Under the pieces are notes generated by a model. That model had not been told where the DNA came from. It made no database searches and saw nothing but the letters and a program-made list of their open reading frames with translations. From Anthoceros angustus (taxonomy: Eukaryota > Plantae > Anthocerotophyta): a stretch of DNA of 64,000 nucleotides. Both the position numbers and the translations under genes were made by a program. Each line of letters begins with the position of its first letter. The stretch's first letter is position 1. This document shows, one piece after another, positions 14,095 to 26,489 of the stretch. The DNA lies in contig MU008175.1 in assembly GCA_010909165.1 (NCBI GenBank), positions 1,107,370 to 1,171,369 of the forward strand, written 5' to 3'.

Positions 14095-14675
14095 CTGTCA
14101 TGGGGGCGGCCAAGGGCTAGGCTGGCGCGGCTAGGCCGTGCGATTCCCGATCGGACGGCTGTGAGCCGCGATGGGAAGCCCTAGAATGTGGCTCTTCTTT
14201 CCGCTTAGGGCAGGCTGGGCGCGTGAGGTTCCGTTGACAGCCCGACGGCTTTCACACGACCGGCGGGCAACGCCCTCGCTACCGGTGCCGTGGGGCTTGC
14301 CGTTTTAGGGCAGGCGCCGACCGCCGTCGGCCCTAAACCTGTTCCACTGCCCTTTTGCTGCCTGTTGCTCTCCGCGAAACTGGCGGTGCCTACTGCCTCT
14401 GTTGTTAGCATGCATGTCATCTGCATTTGCCGCCAAGTACAGCCTTTGCTTGCCCTCCACGTTCCCCATTCAATTTCTTGCCCCCCACGCACCGCTTCGG
14501 TTCTCGCAACCATCGCATCGGACCGCCCTTGCTCCGTTTCTTCCCGTTCTGGAGACTTTTTGAGGCTCCGTTCTCCCTGCTGTGTATTTTACGGATATTC
14601 GCATCTTGCTATCTTGCTTTGCAGTGACTGCATGAGCAATCCTTCTCCTTTGTTCTGACACAGTTACATGCGGGG

Positions 14676-15188
14676 ATGTTGCATCTCCATTCATGTTTAG
14701 CCGTGCTCTTAGTGTGGACAATGATCGCCTCTCGCTTCTCACAAGTCATTTCGTCGGATGAGTCTATATCCATTGCAGCCTGTAAATATGAACCCGCTCC
14801 TGGAGGATTTCACGCGCCGCTTCAGACAGGAATCGAAGAGGTCATGGTTAAGGCACCCCGCTACAATGGCAACCCCTTCAAGAGCATCCAGGCCGGTCCC
14901 CATGACTCCGAGATCTTTGTGGAGGGACAGTGTCTTGGTGCTGTCATCCGGGAAGAAGAGTGTGACGATTGTTTGAAGTAAGCAAAAGAATTTGAGGAAC
15001 TGTAATTTTGTTGCAGAGAAGTGGTCAAGGTCTGAATCAGGTGATACTCGTTGGTGTTTCATGCTCTAATACGCAACAAGAAATGTAGGCTTCTCGGGGA
15101 CGAGATCTGGGACAGATGTTACCATGCTATAGGGGCACACCTTTCTCACAGCGCTTGCTATCTACGCTACGAGACATACGCTTATTAG
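14676..15188 (+). CDS. Secreted single-domain Gnk2/DUF26 (stress-antifung) protein, 133 aa; exons 14676-14977, 15089-15188
   Basis: Signal peptide MLHLHSCLAVLLVWTMIASRFSQVISS. Spliced product ...QCLGAVIREEECDDCLK|LLGDEIWDRCYHAIGAHLSHSACYLRYETYAY* has six Cys and the C-terminal C-x-x-R-Y-E motif of DUF26. Confidence 0.85.
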
Positions 15189-16245
15189 AAAAGACAGGCA
15201 ACTCATGTCGGCGATACAGGTTTGGACAGTGCATGGTATTATACTAAAAAAAGGCCTCTGGCACCTGCTGTGACGAACCGCTGGCCGGATCCATCATCCG
15301 ACTTATCGCACTGCACTACTTTGTCCAACGGCGGACTGACGCGGATACTTTTGTTACAGAATGTGACACCTATGAAAGAGGACTGGAAGCCCGTGACTTT
15401 GGCCTCTGGCAAAATTCCCCTGCCCACAGGTGGGCACAAGTACGTTCTGGCAGGGAAGTTGCGCACCATGCTGGCCTTCTCCATGTGGGTGGCCAGGCAG
15501 CAGAGAGGAAGGATTGCCCTTACAGCCGATACGTCATCTTCCTGCCCACTATTTGAACGAGCGTTGAAATACAGAACACCGAGGAGCCCAGCTCTGTTAG
15601 CCTAGCTGGCTGGCACCAACCTCATCAGAGTCGCAGACCCTACACCTGGCGGTAGTGGCTGACAGTTTCACCTATCACTTGCCAACACACCTCCTTTGCG
15701 TACAGTTGGCATGTACGTTCACGTTCCTGGAACAGCTCCTATGAAGACCCACCCATCAAGTCCGTCAAGTTTGACCCTGATACATATATATGCTGCTAAG
15801 CGGAAAAAATGTTTTACTTGCACAACCTGCATGGGTGAGCCAGTCCTCGTCAAAGCATCCCCCCATCAAAACTCACTTCCCGCCACCTACCTGCATTTCC
15901 CACACTGAGACTTGGTCAGGATCAGCTTGACTCATCGCTTCACGACTCGGACTATAACTTAGTCTTGGAGGCAAGAGACATTCTCAAAATTACCTCTTGC
16001 CTTCAACTTCAGATCCTCCGCAAATGCGTACACCGGATCTCCCTCCAGTTCCTCCGAATTATCTGACCGTATAAGCATAAGCTTTACCGAAGAGCTTGCA
16101 AGCCCAGAAAAAATCTCCAAGCATACACCCCGAAATGAGAATAGACCTTCAGACCACACCTTGTCACCATGGACCTGCCTACCTGAAAGGTAAAGCACTC
16201 CGATGCTGACCAGGGTTCATCACAAGCAGGCCAAGGTCAAAAAAG

Positions 16246-19200
16246 TCAAGAGGAACCTCCGTTGGCAGATGTGGAGGCAGAAGGGCGAGTGTCGCTCTCT
16301 GGTTTGGATTGGAATCCAGGGACATCCGCAACAGTGGCAGGATTTTGTTCCACACTATAAACCCCATTCTCCTCAGAGACAGCAGTTAATGTAGGCACAG
16401 TCTCAGCTTCTCCAGAAATCATGCCATCTGTACTAGGGGGCAATGGTTCAGTTGACACTGTCACAGAAGAGGCACCGTCAACCATGTCCCTGCTGTTATT
16501 GCACGCAACATCATTCACTTCGTTGGTGGCCATAGAGCTTCTATCAGCAGGATTTGTCACTGAAGATTCGGTTGGACACAAGGAACTTTCCTCTTCCCGT
16601 CCATTGCTCTGTAATCCAGTCCGCCCGTCTCCTTTCCTAGCACTGCCTACTCCATCAACAACCTCTTCCCCTCGTCCACCAGGACGTGAGACAGAGGGTA
16701 CAACTTTCTGTTGACTAGAAGGCATAATTAAACTTTCAGAAGCGGCTGGAGTGTTGACAATTGTCTGACTACTTGGATGACCTGCAGGTACATTGGCTTC
16801 TGCTGACATGACTTTATCGGTCCCCACACTGGAAGAGTGTTTAAATGCTTCAGAGCCCACACGGCTGGCAGGATACCCATTCTGCACACTCTGGCTCAAT
16901 TGATCTCCAGATGCTTGACTCACTCTGTCCCCATTCGTGGGTGCAGCAATCTGCTTCTCCATCCCTTGATGGCTTAATTGAGGGCCATGCACTCTAGGTC
17001 CGAAATCTCCAAAAGGTGGGTTATGAGCTGGCCAAAACCCACCAAGGAAGTTCGGCGGGGCTGATGCTCGAGCTGCTGCTGCAAATGCTGCCGCAGTGTT
17101 GGAGGAAGCAGCCGTAATCTGTCTGTGATCAACATCAGACCTTTCCCTCTTACTTTCCCTGTCAACATCACAGTCCAGCATAATGGTGTCCCTGTCAAAA
17201 CCCATGATCTGCTGCTGGTCTCTTTCTCGACCTGCTGCTTCCAGTGGTCGAGCATTTGCCAGCTGAGCAAGTTTCAATTGCATTGCTTGGGGTAAAGCAG
17301 AAATGTTTCCCTGATCCCCCATGCTTGGAAGCAGATTTAAAAACTGTGGAGCTCCTTTAGCTGCAACTCCAATATGGGCTACATTATCCTCCCGACCTTT
17401 GTCCACAAAGCTACGTCCCAGAGTAGCATCTTCTGGGCGCATACCCACCAGGCCGTAAGGGCCATGCAGAGGGAACATCTCCAATATCCTAGGGTCTATG
17501 TTGGCATAGGGGTTGAAGGGAGGCCGGAATGAAGGGGCGCCGGATGGAGCAGCTGTGCTCAGATTGAGTTTGGCAGGAGGCATTATCTTAAGACCTCCAA
17601 ACGCATGTGCATGTTCTGACTCAGCTCTCTCCTTCTCCCGCTCCACAAACTCTTTGACTACAGCGTCAGAAAGCCTTGGCTGGTCCAGGGAATCAGCACC
17701 ACCTCCTGCATTCCCTGCAACAGGGGCTGGCACAGGCATTGCAAATAAATGCATGGGATTCCTCTCCATTGAAGATGGAGCACAAACTCGAACCACGCCA
17801 GCTCCTGCACTAGACATATTTCCTGCAGTAGCCATAGATAATGATCGCACATGATTTGCCGGGTGTGACAAAAGAGCCATGCTCCCCCCAACATTACATT
17901 CCGTGCCTCCCAATCCAGAGGTTGCATTGCTCATCAGGTTTGCACCTGAGGAATACGTGCTGGTTGATGCCGAATGCTCCCCAAGTGCATTAGCAGCAGC
18001 TCTAGTTGCACAGACACGGCCCAAAGCAGCAGCACTCACTGGAAATGCCTTCTCTGGTGGGACAGCTGGTGTGTAGTCTGTCGGCAAAAGGTCCTCCAGA
18101 TTCTCCATAAGCTCCTTATACACCTTGCGCAGAGTCACCTGCATTGTGGACCATGTAAAGCATTAATTAATTGGACTGTAAAGAAATGCTACCACCTCTT
18201 GTCCTCACTCTGAACAGCTTGACAGGGAAAAACGGACCTCCGTCAGCCCTGTCGCTTTGCAGATTTCAGTCTGAGTTTTGCGCTTGTCTTCCAGCTGACA
18301 TGCCAAGTAGATGGCTGCAGCTGAGATACTAATTGGATTTCTTCGGGTGCAAAAACTTTTGTTGATCACGACCTCCCCGATGTGAGTTGCAAGATCCTGC
18401 AGGCAAACGTGTTGGGAGTCAGGGAAACAAACCAAAACCTGCATCCAGGCGTATTTTCGCATGTCTCGTTGACATCATTTCTCTGAATGTCATTGACCAA
18501 ATAAAGAAGTGCCTCGTCAAGCCCTCTACAACGACTTTCTAGCATCTGTCTGTAACAGGTCAGATTCAGGCCCCTTCCCACCTTCAACTTCTCTTCTGTC
18601 GGCAATTACCTGTGTGGGCTTGCTGAGCTGCAAAATGCCACAGAATCGTGGCATATGCACTGATATGGAATTGCTGTTGATAGGCTGGCTCAGCTTCAAA
18701 GCATCTGACAAGACCTTCATATACCGTCCAATTTCCTTCTGCGGTATGTTAGCCGCTGCAGATATCTCCTGCACGAACAAGGACCAAATGAGGCAGCCAT
18801 AACAACCCTAACCTACACACACACAAACAAACACACACAGACACACACAAGCACCGGTGCCAGAATCTGTGCCTGCACCACTCCCACCAAACTGAGCGAG
18901 GTGCACGTACAGCCAGAACACCCGCAATTCAGCAACAACCCGTCGCACCTGCAGCGTGCGAGGCTCCTGCGCCTCCCGGCTGGCCTGCACCAGCGCTGCT
19001 GTGGCCAAGGCCTCGATGTTCCGGTTCCGCAAGTAAGAGGTGGAGGAACAATCCCTAAAGAGCTGGACGGCATGGTCGGAACTATCCTTCTCCAGGCCCA
19101 GCACAGAGGTCACATCCACAATCTGATAGTACGCGCGCAGAGCCTCCACCATGTTGACGCTCACCCCGGCAGGCGTGGGCGCGCATGTGCCGCCCCCCGG

Positions 19201-19581
19201 TCCTCCGCCCCCGGGCGTGTAGAGAAAATCCGATAGCACCCGCTCCAGCTCCGCCAAGTGGCCCGAGAAACTGGAGCTGGTGACGGCGTAGAGCGGGGCC
19301 AGATCCAGCGACCAGGTGCTGAAGGCCGTGATGAATCCTATCCTCTCGTAAGGGTCCTCCTCCAGCGCCGGCGCCCGGTACTTCTCCTCCGTGAAGTCCG
19401 GCGTGACGATGCACAGAGGAGCTTCCCGAGCTCGCTCCACAAAGAGCTCCTCCACCTCCGTCAGCCGCTCCTCCGTCACCCGCCCGCACGCGCGGCACTC
19501 GGTCGTGAATCTCCCGTTCCCCGCAGCCACGCACCGGCCCCCGTCCGTGGCCCCGCAGTAGGGGCAATGCGCCCGCGACAT
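16246..19581 (-). CDS. PBRP1: Plant-specific TFIIB-related protein 1 (~947 aa); exons 19581-18949, 18768-18610, 18396-18238, 18138-16246
   Basis: Zn ribbon CPYC...TECRACGRV; GFITAFSTWSL; FSGHLAELER; LRNRNIEALATAALVQASREAQEPRTLQ|EISAAANI; SNSISVHMPRFC; CTRRNPISISAAAIYLACQLEDKRKTQ; VTLRKVYKEL..YTPAVPPEKAFP. Confidence 0.95.
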
Positions 19582-19865
19582 CGCGCAGCTCCTGCCGCGC
19601 TTCTCCTCCCCGGCCCGCCCGAGTTCTCATACATAACAAACGACAAGGCCTCAACAACAACCTCTCCCCCTCCCTTGTAGGCCTTCTCTTCTCCCGCCCG
19701 CCACCCCGCTTTGCCTTTTCCAACTGTGGCACCACATCCGGCATGTCGTATCGTAACACACTCCTGCAAGGTGCGTGGGCCCCGCCGGCTTCCCTTCTGG
19801 TAGGCCCTCAGCTCACACGTGTGAGCGCTTGAGACGGCACAGGTTTCGAGCTCTGGTCGGCGGTT

Positions 19866-22862
19866 TTGGAATGTTTCGTACTAACCACGACGGCCGAAGG
19901 GAAATGCGCGGCAATTCGGAACTATGAAGTACTACGATTCCAAGCAGGAGCAGGGCCAGGAGGAGGGGCAGGTTTCTCGGCGGCCTCGTGCAAAGCCGAT
20001 GGTCGTCTGGTGAGGTCGGGGAGGCGGCGTTGCTGGGCGATGGAGACGAAGCCGACGTGCTGGAGATTCTGGTGGACAGGGGATGCTGTGTGCCGGCGTC
20101 GTCGCTGCTGCGGCTGCTCAGACGGTGTGTTGGAAGCAAGGATTTGGAGCTTGGCAGGCGGGTTGATGTGCTTGCTGTCAGAGGTGAATGGCTGGGATTC
20201 GTCCCTGCCGTCCTGTCTTGTCCGCATGTGTTTCGGGCACGGGAGGCTGGAGGAAGCGAGGAAGGTGTTCGCCAGGGTGAGAGCTCCGGACAATGCACTG
20301 TGGTGTTCCATCGTGTCCGCGCACGCTCTGTTAGGGCAGCATGCGGATGTTGTGCGACTGTACGGCCGGATGCGAGAGTGTGGCGGGGAGCCGGACCGGT
20401 ATGTGTTCGCGGCTGTGCTGAAGGCGTGTGGGGGATTTGGCGTTGGGGAGAGAGGTGCATTCTCATTTGTTGAGGAGCGGGGAGGAGCCTGATGTGGTGC
20501 TGGGGAACTGCCTGGTGGGTATGTATGGGGAGTGCGGGAGGTTGGAGGATGCGCGGGCTGTGTCTGAGGGGTTGGGGAGGAAGGATGTGGTGAGCTGGAC
20601 TGCTATGGTTGCGCGGTATGCGAAATGCGGGGAGTTTCAGGAGGCTTGCAGGTTGTTTGATGCGATGCCGGTGCGGACTGTTGTGTCGTGGAATGCCCTG
20701 ATGGTGGGGTATGCGCAGCACGGGTTTGGTGAGGAGGCGCTGGATTTGTACGCGAGGATGCAGTCGGAGGGCGGTTGCAGGGCTGATCGTGTTACTTTTG
20801 CTTGCCTTTTGAAGGCGTGTGCCAGCGTTGGAGACTTGCAGCAGGGGAAGTTGTTGCATGTCCAGAGACGGGAGCGAGGGTTGGAAGGGGACTCGGTTGT
20901 GGGGAACGGGCTTGTGGACATGTATGCGAAATGCGGGAGGTTGGAGCATGCTCGGGAACTGTTCGACGCCTTGTCCACCAAGGATGTGGTGGTCTGGACT
21001 GCCATGATTGCAGGGTATGCTCAGCAGGGCCGTGGTGCGGCGTCTCTTGCGCTGTATATATGAGATGATGCAACGGGAGGGCATTACTCCAGCCAATCAG
21101 GTTACGTTTGTGTGCCTGCTCAAAGCGTGCAGCAGTCTTGGGGCTTTACGTCAGGGCAGGACCCTTCTCTTGCAGATTTGGGAAAGAGGGTTGGAAGGGG
21201 ATTTGGTTGTCGGCAACTGCCTGGTGGATAGGTCTGCAAAGTGTGGCAGCTTGGAGGATGCTCGTACAGTACATTGTTTGATGGAATGTGCAGGAGAGAT
21301 GTGGTGATTTGGACCCCCATAATTGCTGGATATGCTACGTCTGGGCGTGCTCAAGAAGCTCTAACGTTGTACGTAAATGCAGAATGAGGGCATCACTCCA
21401 TCGAATCATGTTACGTATGTCGGCCTGTTGAAGGCATGTGGCATCGTTGGAGCATTGTGTCAAGGGAAGCAGCTGCATGGCCAGATTCAGGCCCAAGGAC
21501 AGGAAGCTGACGAGACCATTGGCAGCAGCCTTGTGAACATGTATGCGAAATGCGGGAGCTTGGAGGACGTGCGTGGAGTGTTTGACAGATTGACAGTCAA
21601 TGATGCTGTCACATGGAACGCTATGATAGCGGGATTTGCTCAGCATGGGCCTGGTCAAGAATCGCTGAAGCTCTTTTCGAGTATGCAAAAGGAAGGTATT
21701 GTTCTACCAGATCACTCAACTTTTGTGTGCCTCTTGAAAGCGTGTGTCAGTATCGGGGTTTATCGTGAAGGTAGAAAGATTCATTCCAAGATTCGGGAGC
21801 GAGATTTGCATGGTGATGTGGTCCTAGGCAATGGCCTGGTGGACCTGTATTCTAAATGTGGCAGCTTAGAGGATGCCCGCGGAGTGTTTGACGATCTGCC
21901 CGTAAGAGACGTGGTAACGTGGAATGCCGTGTTCACTGGATATTCTCAGCAGGGGCTTGGGCAATAAGTCCTGACTCTATATGCAAGGATGCAGCAGGAA
22001 GGCATCACTCCAGCCGATCAAATAACATTTGCCTGCGTGCTGAAAGCATGTGCCAGAGTTTGAGCTTTACGTTTGGGGAAGCAGCTGCATTCCCAGATTC
22101 AAGATCAAGGATTAGAAAATGATTTGGTCCTCGGCAATTGCCTTTTATACATGTATGGAAAATGCGGCAACCTAGAGGACGCGCGAAATTTGTTTGACCG
22201 ACTGCCCATGAAAGGCATAGCCCCCTGGAATGTCATGACTGTGGGATATGCCCAACATGGGCTTGGTGAAGAAGCCCTGCAATGTCATGAGAAAATGTTG
22301 ATGGCTGGTATCAAACCCGATAAACTCACATTTCTTTCGCCTCTCTGCAGGCGACCATGTGGGCCTCGTGGACAAGGGTTTCGCTTACTTCCATTCCATG
22401 AGCAAGGATTATGGCTTGACTGCAGAGATAGAGCACTAAGTGAGCATGGTAGACCTGTATGGACGTGCTGGATATTTCACACATGTAAAGGATCTTCTGT
22501 CATCTATGCCAATGCAGCCTGATCTGGCCACGTGGTTGTGTCTGTTGGGCGCCTGTCGCAAGCACGGGAATGTAGTTCTCGGACAGTGGGCCTTCTCTCA
22601 TGCTGTGCATTTGCAACCTGATCATGCGTCCACATATATCTTGATGTCGCACATTTATGCTGCTGCTTGTCATTTTGACTCCGCTCTGGAGGTGCATGGC
22701 CTAAGAGAGAAGGCAAGTGCATGGAAAACGCGAGGCCAGAGCTGGATTGAGCATGAACACGAACTACACAGGTCTTCGGGGGGAGATGTGCAGCATGCAG
22801 ATCACGAACAATTGTATGATTTGTTCCAAACGTTTCCCCCAAGCTCCAGAATGTCGAACTAG
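19866..22862 (+). pseudogene. PLS-class PPR (E+) pseudogene
   Basis: P-L-S repeats (GNCLVDMYAKCGSLEDAR, VVSWNAM..GYAQHG) and E1/E2/PG-like end (WKTRGQSWIEHE) are split over at least six ORFs by frameshifts and in-frame stops (e.g. TAA at ~21965, TGA at ~22061). Confidence 0.9.
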
Positions 22863-23768
22863 ATTGTCGTGCTATACCGACTGTCCGGATAGTGCTTTGA
22901 CAAGTCATGCCACCGTCGACAAGTCATGCCACTGTCGTTTGCAGACATTCTCCCATATTGGGAAACTCGGCCACAAAGCCGCTCGACGCAAATGGTTGGC
23001 TGCATTCCAAAACACGGCGTGCTTCTATCGGATGCAACTAGCATTGCAAAATCTGACAAAGGTGGTGGAGAACGTGAACGAATATGACTCTCACTGGTTT
23101 CAGACTCGCACCGTCCTAAACAAACACCTTGTTATCATGTATTTTTCACCCTGACACCCAACGCCAGTGATTCCCACTTCTTTCCAAACAGACCGAAAAG
23201 CCTGTAGGTTATACACTGAGAGTTGAGGGTGGCCGAAGTTAGGACAACCTGGCCCAACCTAGCCCGTACCGTTCGACGCCAGTGATTTCCAAGGCTTTCC
23301 GCACAAACCGAAAAGCATGGCCATAGGTTTCGCATTATGTGGAGGTGAGACTGACTAAAGCCAGGAAGACGTAGCCTACCGTGTGCGCAACCGTGATCAA
23401 AAGACCATGACCATGGAAGTAAGCTCGCACGACGAGGCTTCGTAAAGCTTACTCTTCAAGAGAGACATGAAATCAGCGCTGAGGCCAACAAAATTGGAAA
23501 ATTTCAGTCATCAGAGACAATGGACTTTCAGGATGTCGTCGATGAAGGTTCTGTTTAACCAGAAACCATCAAACCCTACTGGCAGGATAGCCAGCACAGA
23601 GACGCTCCCTAACCTAAAACTACGCCGTTGCTCCATGCTTCGGGAGGCGAGATCCCACGAGTCCTCCCTAACAGGCGAGTTCACCTAACACGCGAGCCAC
23701 CCTCACAGACAAGCCCACCGCCGCACAGTGATCACGCCGATCCCGGCACCTTCAGCAGAAGTCGGAGC

Positions 23769-24011
23769 CTATTTGGATCGTTGCCTCATCTTTCTGCGCT
23801 TGCGCTTGAGACGGCGCATACGTTTTTTCTTCCACTGCAGACAGCCGCATCAAGGAAGTCAGTTGGGCGCACAGCAACCGAACACACCCTAGCAAAGCAG
23901 GCCATTTCTTTGCTGCCACTCTATCGAGATGTGCAGTACATCCTATTGTTCTGTGCCAACTGAGCTAGAGATGCAAGACTGAATGAGAGAGCGCCAAACC
24001 TTAGCCCTCAT
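23769..24011 (-). CDS. RPL41: 60S ribosomal protein L41 (eL41), 25 aa; exons 24011-24000 and 23834-23769
   Basis: ATG AGG GCT AAG|gtttgg...ctgcag|TGG AAG AAA AAA CGT ATG CGC...TCC AAA TAG = [25 protein letters not shown]. Too short for the ORF track. Confidence 0.97.
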
Positions 24012-24069
24012 CTTCGACCACCAACGCAGACGGCGAGAAAATCAGCAGAAGCCGCAGAACAAAAACTAG

Positions 24070-24100
24070 AGGGAACAGGACAGTCCGCGGGTATTATAAG
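24070..24100 (-). promoter_or_regulatory. Putative RPL41 core promoter (TATA-like box followed by a pyrimidine tract)
   Basis: Minus strand cttataatacc followed by ctgtcctgttccctctagtttttgttc, 60-90 nt upstream of the ATG. Confidence 0.45.
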
Positions 24101-24215
24101 CAGATGACCAGAGGTACATACATTTATAGACCCTTCCAACCATGAAACCGAGAAAAACGCTCATTAATGTAATCGCTAAAAAAATAATCTATACAATAAT
24201 AACTAACCTAGGTAT

Positions 24216-25005
24216 TGACGGGCTTGGTCTATCGTCTTGGCTTGCTTTTTTCAACTTGTAGCTGCGGCCCCTCTCAAATGACTCGAGGACGCAGTTGTCT
24301 CGCTATCTCGCCGGTGGGCAGCGTATCGCTACGCATGACTTCGTTCGGGATATCCTATTCTATATGGCTATGGAAGGCGAGTTCTTTCCATTTAGGGAGC
24401 CCCCTTACACCTGCTCGACGAGATTTCGTTAGGGCTGATCTATTTTTGACCTTGGGGGATCAGGTTTCGTTGCTGATGTGGTTATAACAAATCCCACCCG
24501 GGATGGTGTGTGCGAACATGTTAACCTTAACCCTCCAAGTTGGGCAGCGGAGGGATGCACGACGGCTAAGGTCCACAAGTACTCTCCTGTGCAGGACGGC
24601 TACGCCTTCGTCCCCCTTGCCATCGAGACTCATGGAGCTATGGGCAAGGATTTCTCAAGGTTCGTCAAGGCCTGCGTTAAGGCTTATCACAGCCTCAAGA
24701 ATGGGGTTGGCCTCCCCCTTTCTTGTATTGCTACTTTCTTCCGGCGGAGGGTTTCCACTACAGAGGGCGTTGGTCAACGTAGTGTACAGAACAACAGCGA
24801 GCGTAGGAGATGCAGCTTCTTCGACACCGGAGGTAAGCTTTTCACATCCCTGACCACGAAGTTCTCCGGGTGGTTGGTAGTTTTGAAATGCGTGATCGTG
24901 GGAGCTACTCCCCTGGCGTGGTGCCCTTCGTTGGGATTTCCCCCCTTTGTGTTTTGAGGTGGATGGGTTTTTTCCATCTCTTTTTTATAAAAAGTCTTCT
25001 TTTCC
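24216..25005 (+). mobile_element. 5'-truncated CRE-like non-LTR retrotransposon, copy B (RLE region and 3' end)
   Basis: RRDFVRADLFL...ADVVITNPT...AKVHKYSPVQDGYAFVPLAIETHGAMGKDFSRFVKAC is highly similar to copy A; both end in AAAGTCTTCTTTTCC. Confidence 0.85.
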
Positions 25006-25192
25006 GTTGGTATTTACAGGACCTAGTCTCAAGTCATTAATCTGTCCTCCCTTGTAGACTGATATTTTTGAGGATCCGCTTGTTGTTGCAATTGAGTTTG
25101 ACGGTCGGTTGCATACGCACGTGACAATTTTGTGTGCCTTTTCATTTCGAAAGGGTTCTTCCCAATTGATTATACCTTTCTGTGCTTTGGAT

Positions 25193-25422
25193 GATGGGCT
25201 AAACGTTTTGAAGGCAAGGACCACTTTGTAGGATTGAGTGTGACTTTCCGTGCTTTGGATGATCGGCTAAAGCTTTTGAAGGCAAGGACTACTTTGCGGG
25301 GAACAAGTTTGTACGTTAATGATATCTTACACCGATGCAATAGCAACATAAGAAGGAGAAATTGATGATCGGCTAAAGGTTTTGAAGGCAAGGACTACTT
25401 TGTGGGAAACAATTTTGTACGT
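25193..25422. repeat. Three spaced copies of a ~37-56-bp motif
   Basis: gat(g/c)ggctaaa.g.tttgaaggcaaggac(c/t)actttg at ~25193, 25261 and 25367; the last two extend to ...aacaa(g/t)tttgtacgt. Confidence 0.8.
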
Positions 25423-26489
25423 TTTAAGGCTGCTCGTGGTGTGGGGTTCAAGTGACATTTCTTCATAGACATTAGTTGGTTATTTTTAATTCTCGTCTCC
25501 GAACTTTTTCTGACACAGTTGATTGATTGATTGATTGGGTTGGGTTTCTATTTGCATTACTTTCCTAATAGAGATTAGTTGGCTATTTTTAATTCTCGGA
25601 CATAAATATCATCGTTGTTGTCGTTGTTGACATCTAGACACGGGCCCATTGCAACTCCACATTCAAGCTCCCTTGCGTCAAATCATTGTTAAGATGGGTT
25701 TTACCCATTCCTTGCTGTAAAAGAGCCTTAAAGGGCCGCTTGTTGCCAAAAAATGCTCTGCCAAAAATCCTTATTGACTGCCTATTGTAAAGCCTTTTTG
25801 GACTACTCCGAATTAAATCCACAATCGACAATTCACTTCTAAAAATAAAAGATCATTAATCCTTGAAGCAAGCTCTTCATCGCGATTAGAAGCTGTAGGG
25901 AGGGAGGAAGTGAAACAGGAAAGGATGTGTTGACACCTAGGTTTGATCTCCTTGTATCAAACAATGTTATCCTCACCGTCTTGCCTCGTTTTTTTTAGGA
26001 TGGACCGGGAGACCAATAGAGAATGTGTGAGGACGGCTCGGGATGCGGGCATTCGTTAAATGCTTACCACCAGTTGCTTGCAACATCTCGAACTCGTCTT
26101 TTCCTCATGTACTTACGAGTAGTTGCTTGCAACCTCTCAAACTCCTCTTTTCCTCTTGCTCTAGGAGGTGAAGTGGTCCTTGATGCCTTGCGCGAGGGCA
26201 CGGTGGTAGAAGGTGCCCTTGACGAGGTCCATTTTATCATCCGTTAATATAAATAAGGTAAGTAGTGAGGGATACCTGAAGTGAAAGATGACTAACTGCT
26301 CGCGGTGGGGGAAGTGGATAGGAAAAAGAAGAGGAAGTGAAAGGGGAATATGTTGATCCATAATAGGTTTAAACCTAAGATCCAAACCAAAACCTATGTT
26401 TATTTTTTGTACTATTGGCTTAATGTTTGGACAGCTGTACTAAGGGCACCATGCCCCAGTCAGGGGTTCTTTTGAGTCATATGGAGTCG

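Noticed and set aside
15222-15605. 127-aa ORF (+) and 81-aa ORF (-) between the Gnk2 gene and pBRP1
   Set aside because: No recognisable motif; lies between convergent 3' ends, probably UTR.
18826-18850. (CA)n-like tract, plus (GATT)n at ~25518, CAG run in LpxB and GAA/GGA purine run at ~51690
   Set aside because: Ordinary microsatellite or low-complexity sequence.
23161-23316. ~41-bp imperfect direct repeat acgccagtgatt...ccgaaaagc
   Set aside because: Two diverged copies in intergenic/UTR DNA with no further structure.
24205-25015. Possible TSD (taggtatt / ttggtatt) around CRE copy B
   Set aside because: Only 8 bp with a mismatch and an uncertain 5' boundary; not distinguishable from chance.
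25193-25422. CRISPR-like repeat-spacer pattern
   Set aside because: Eukaryotic nuclear context, only three divergent units, irregular spacing, no cas genes.
25630-26390. Stop-riddled coding-like sequence on the minus strand
   Set aside because: Could not be assigned to any protein or TE family by eye.
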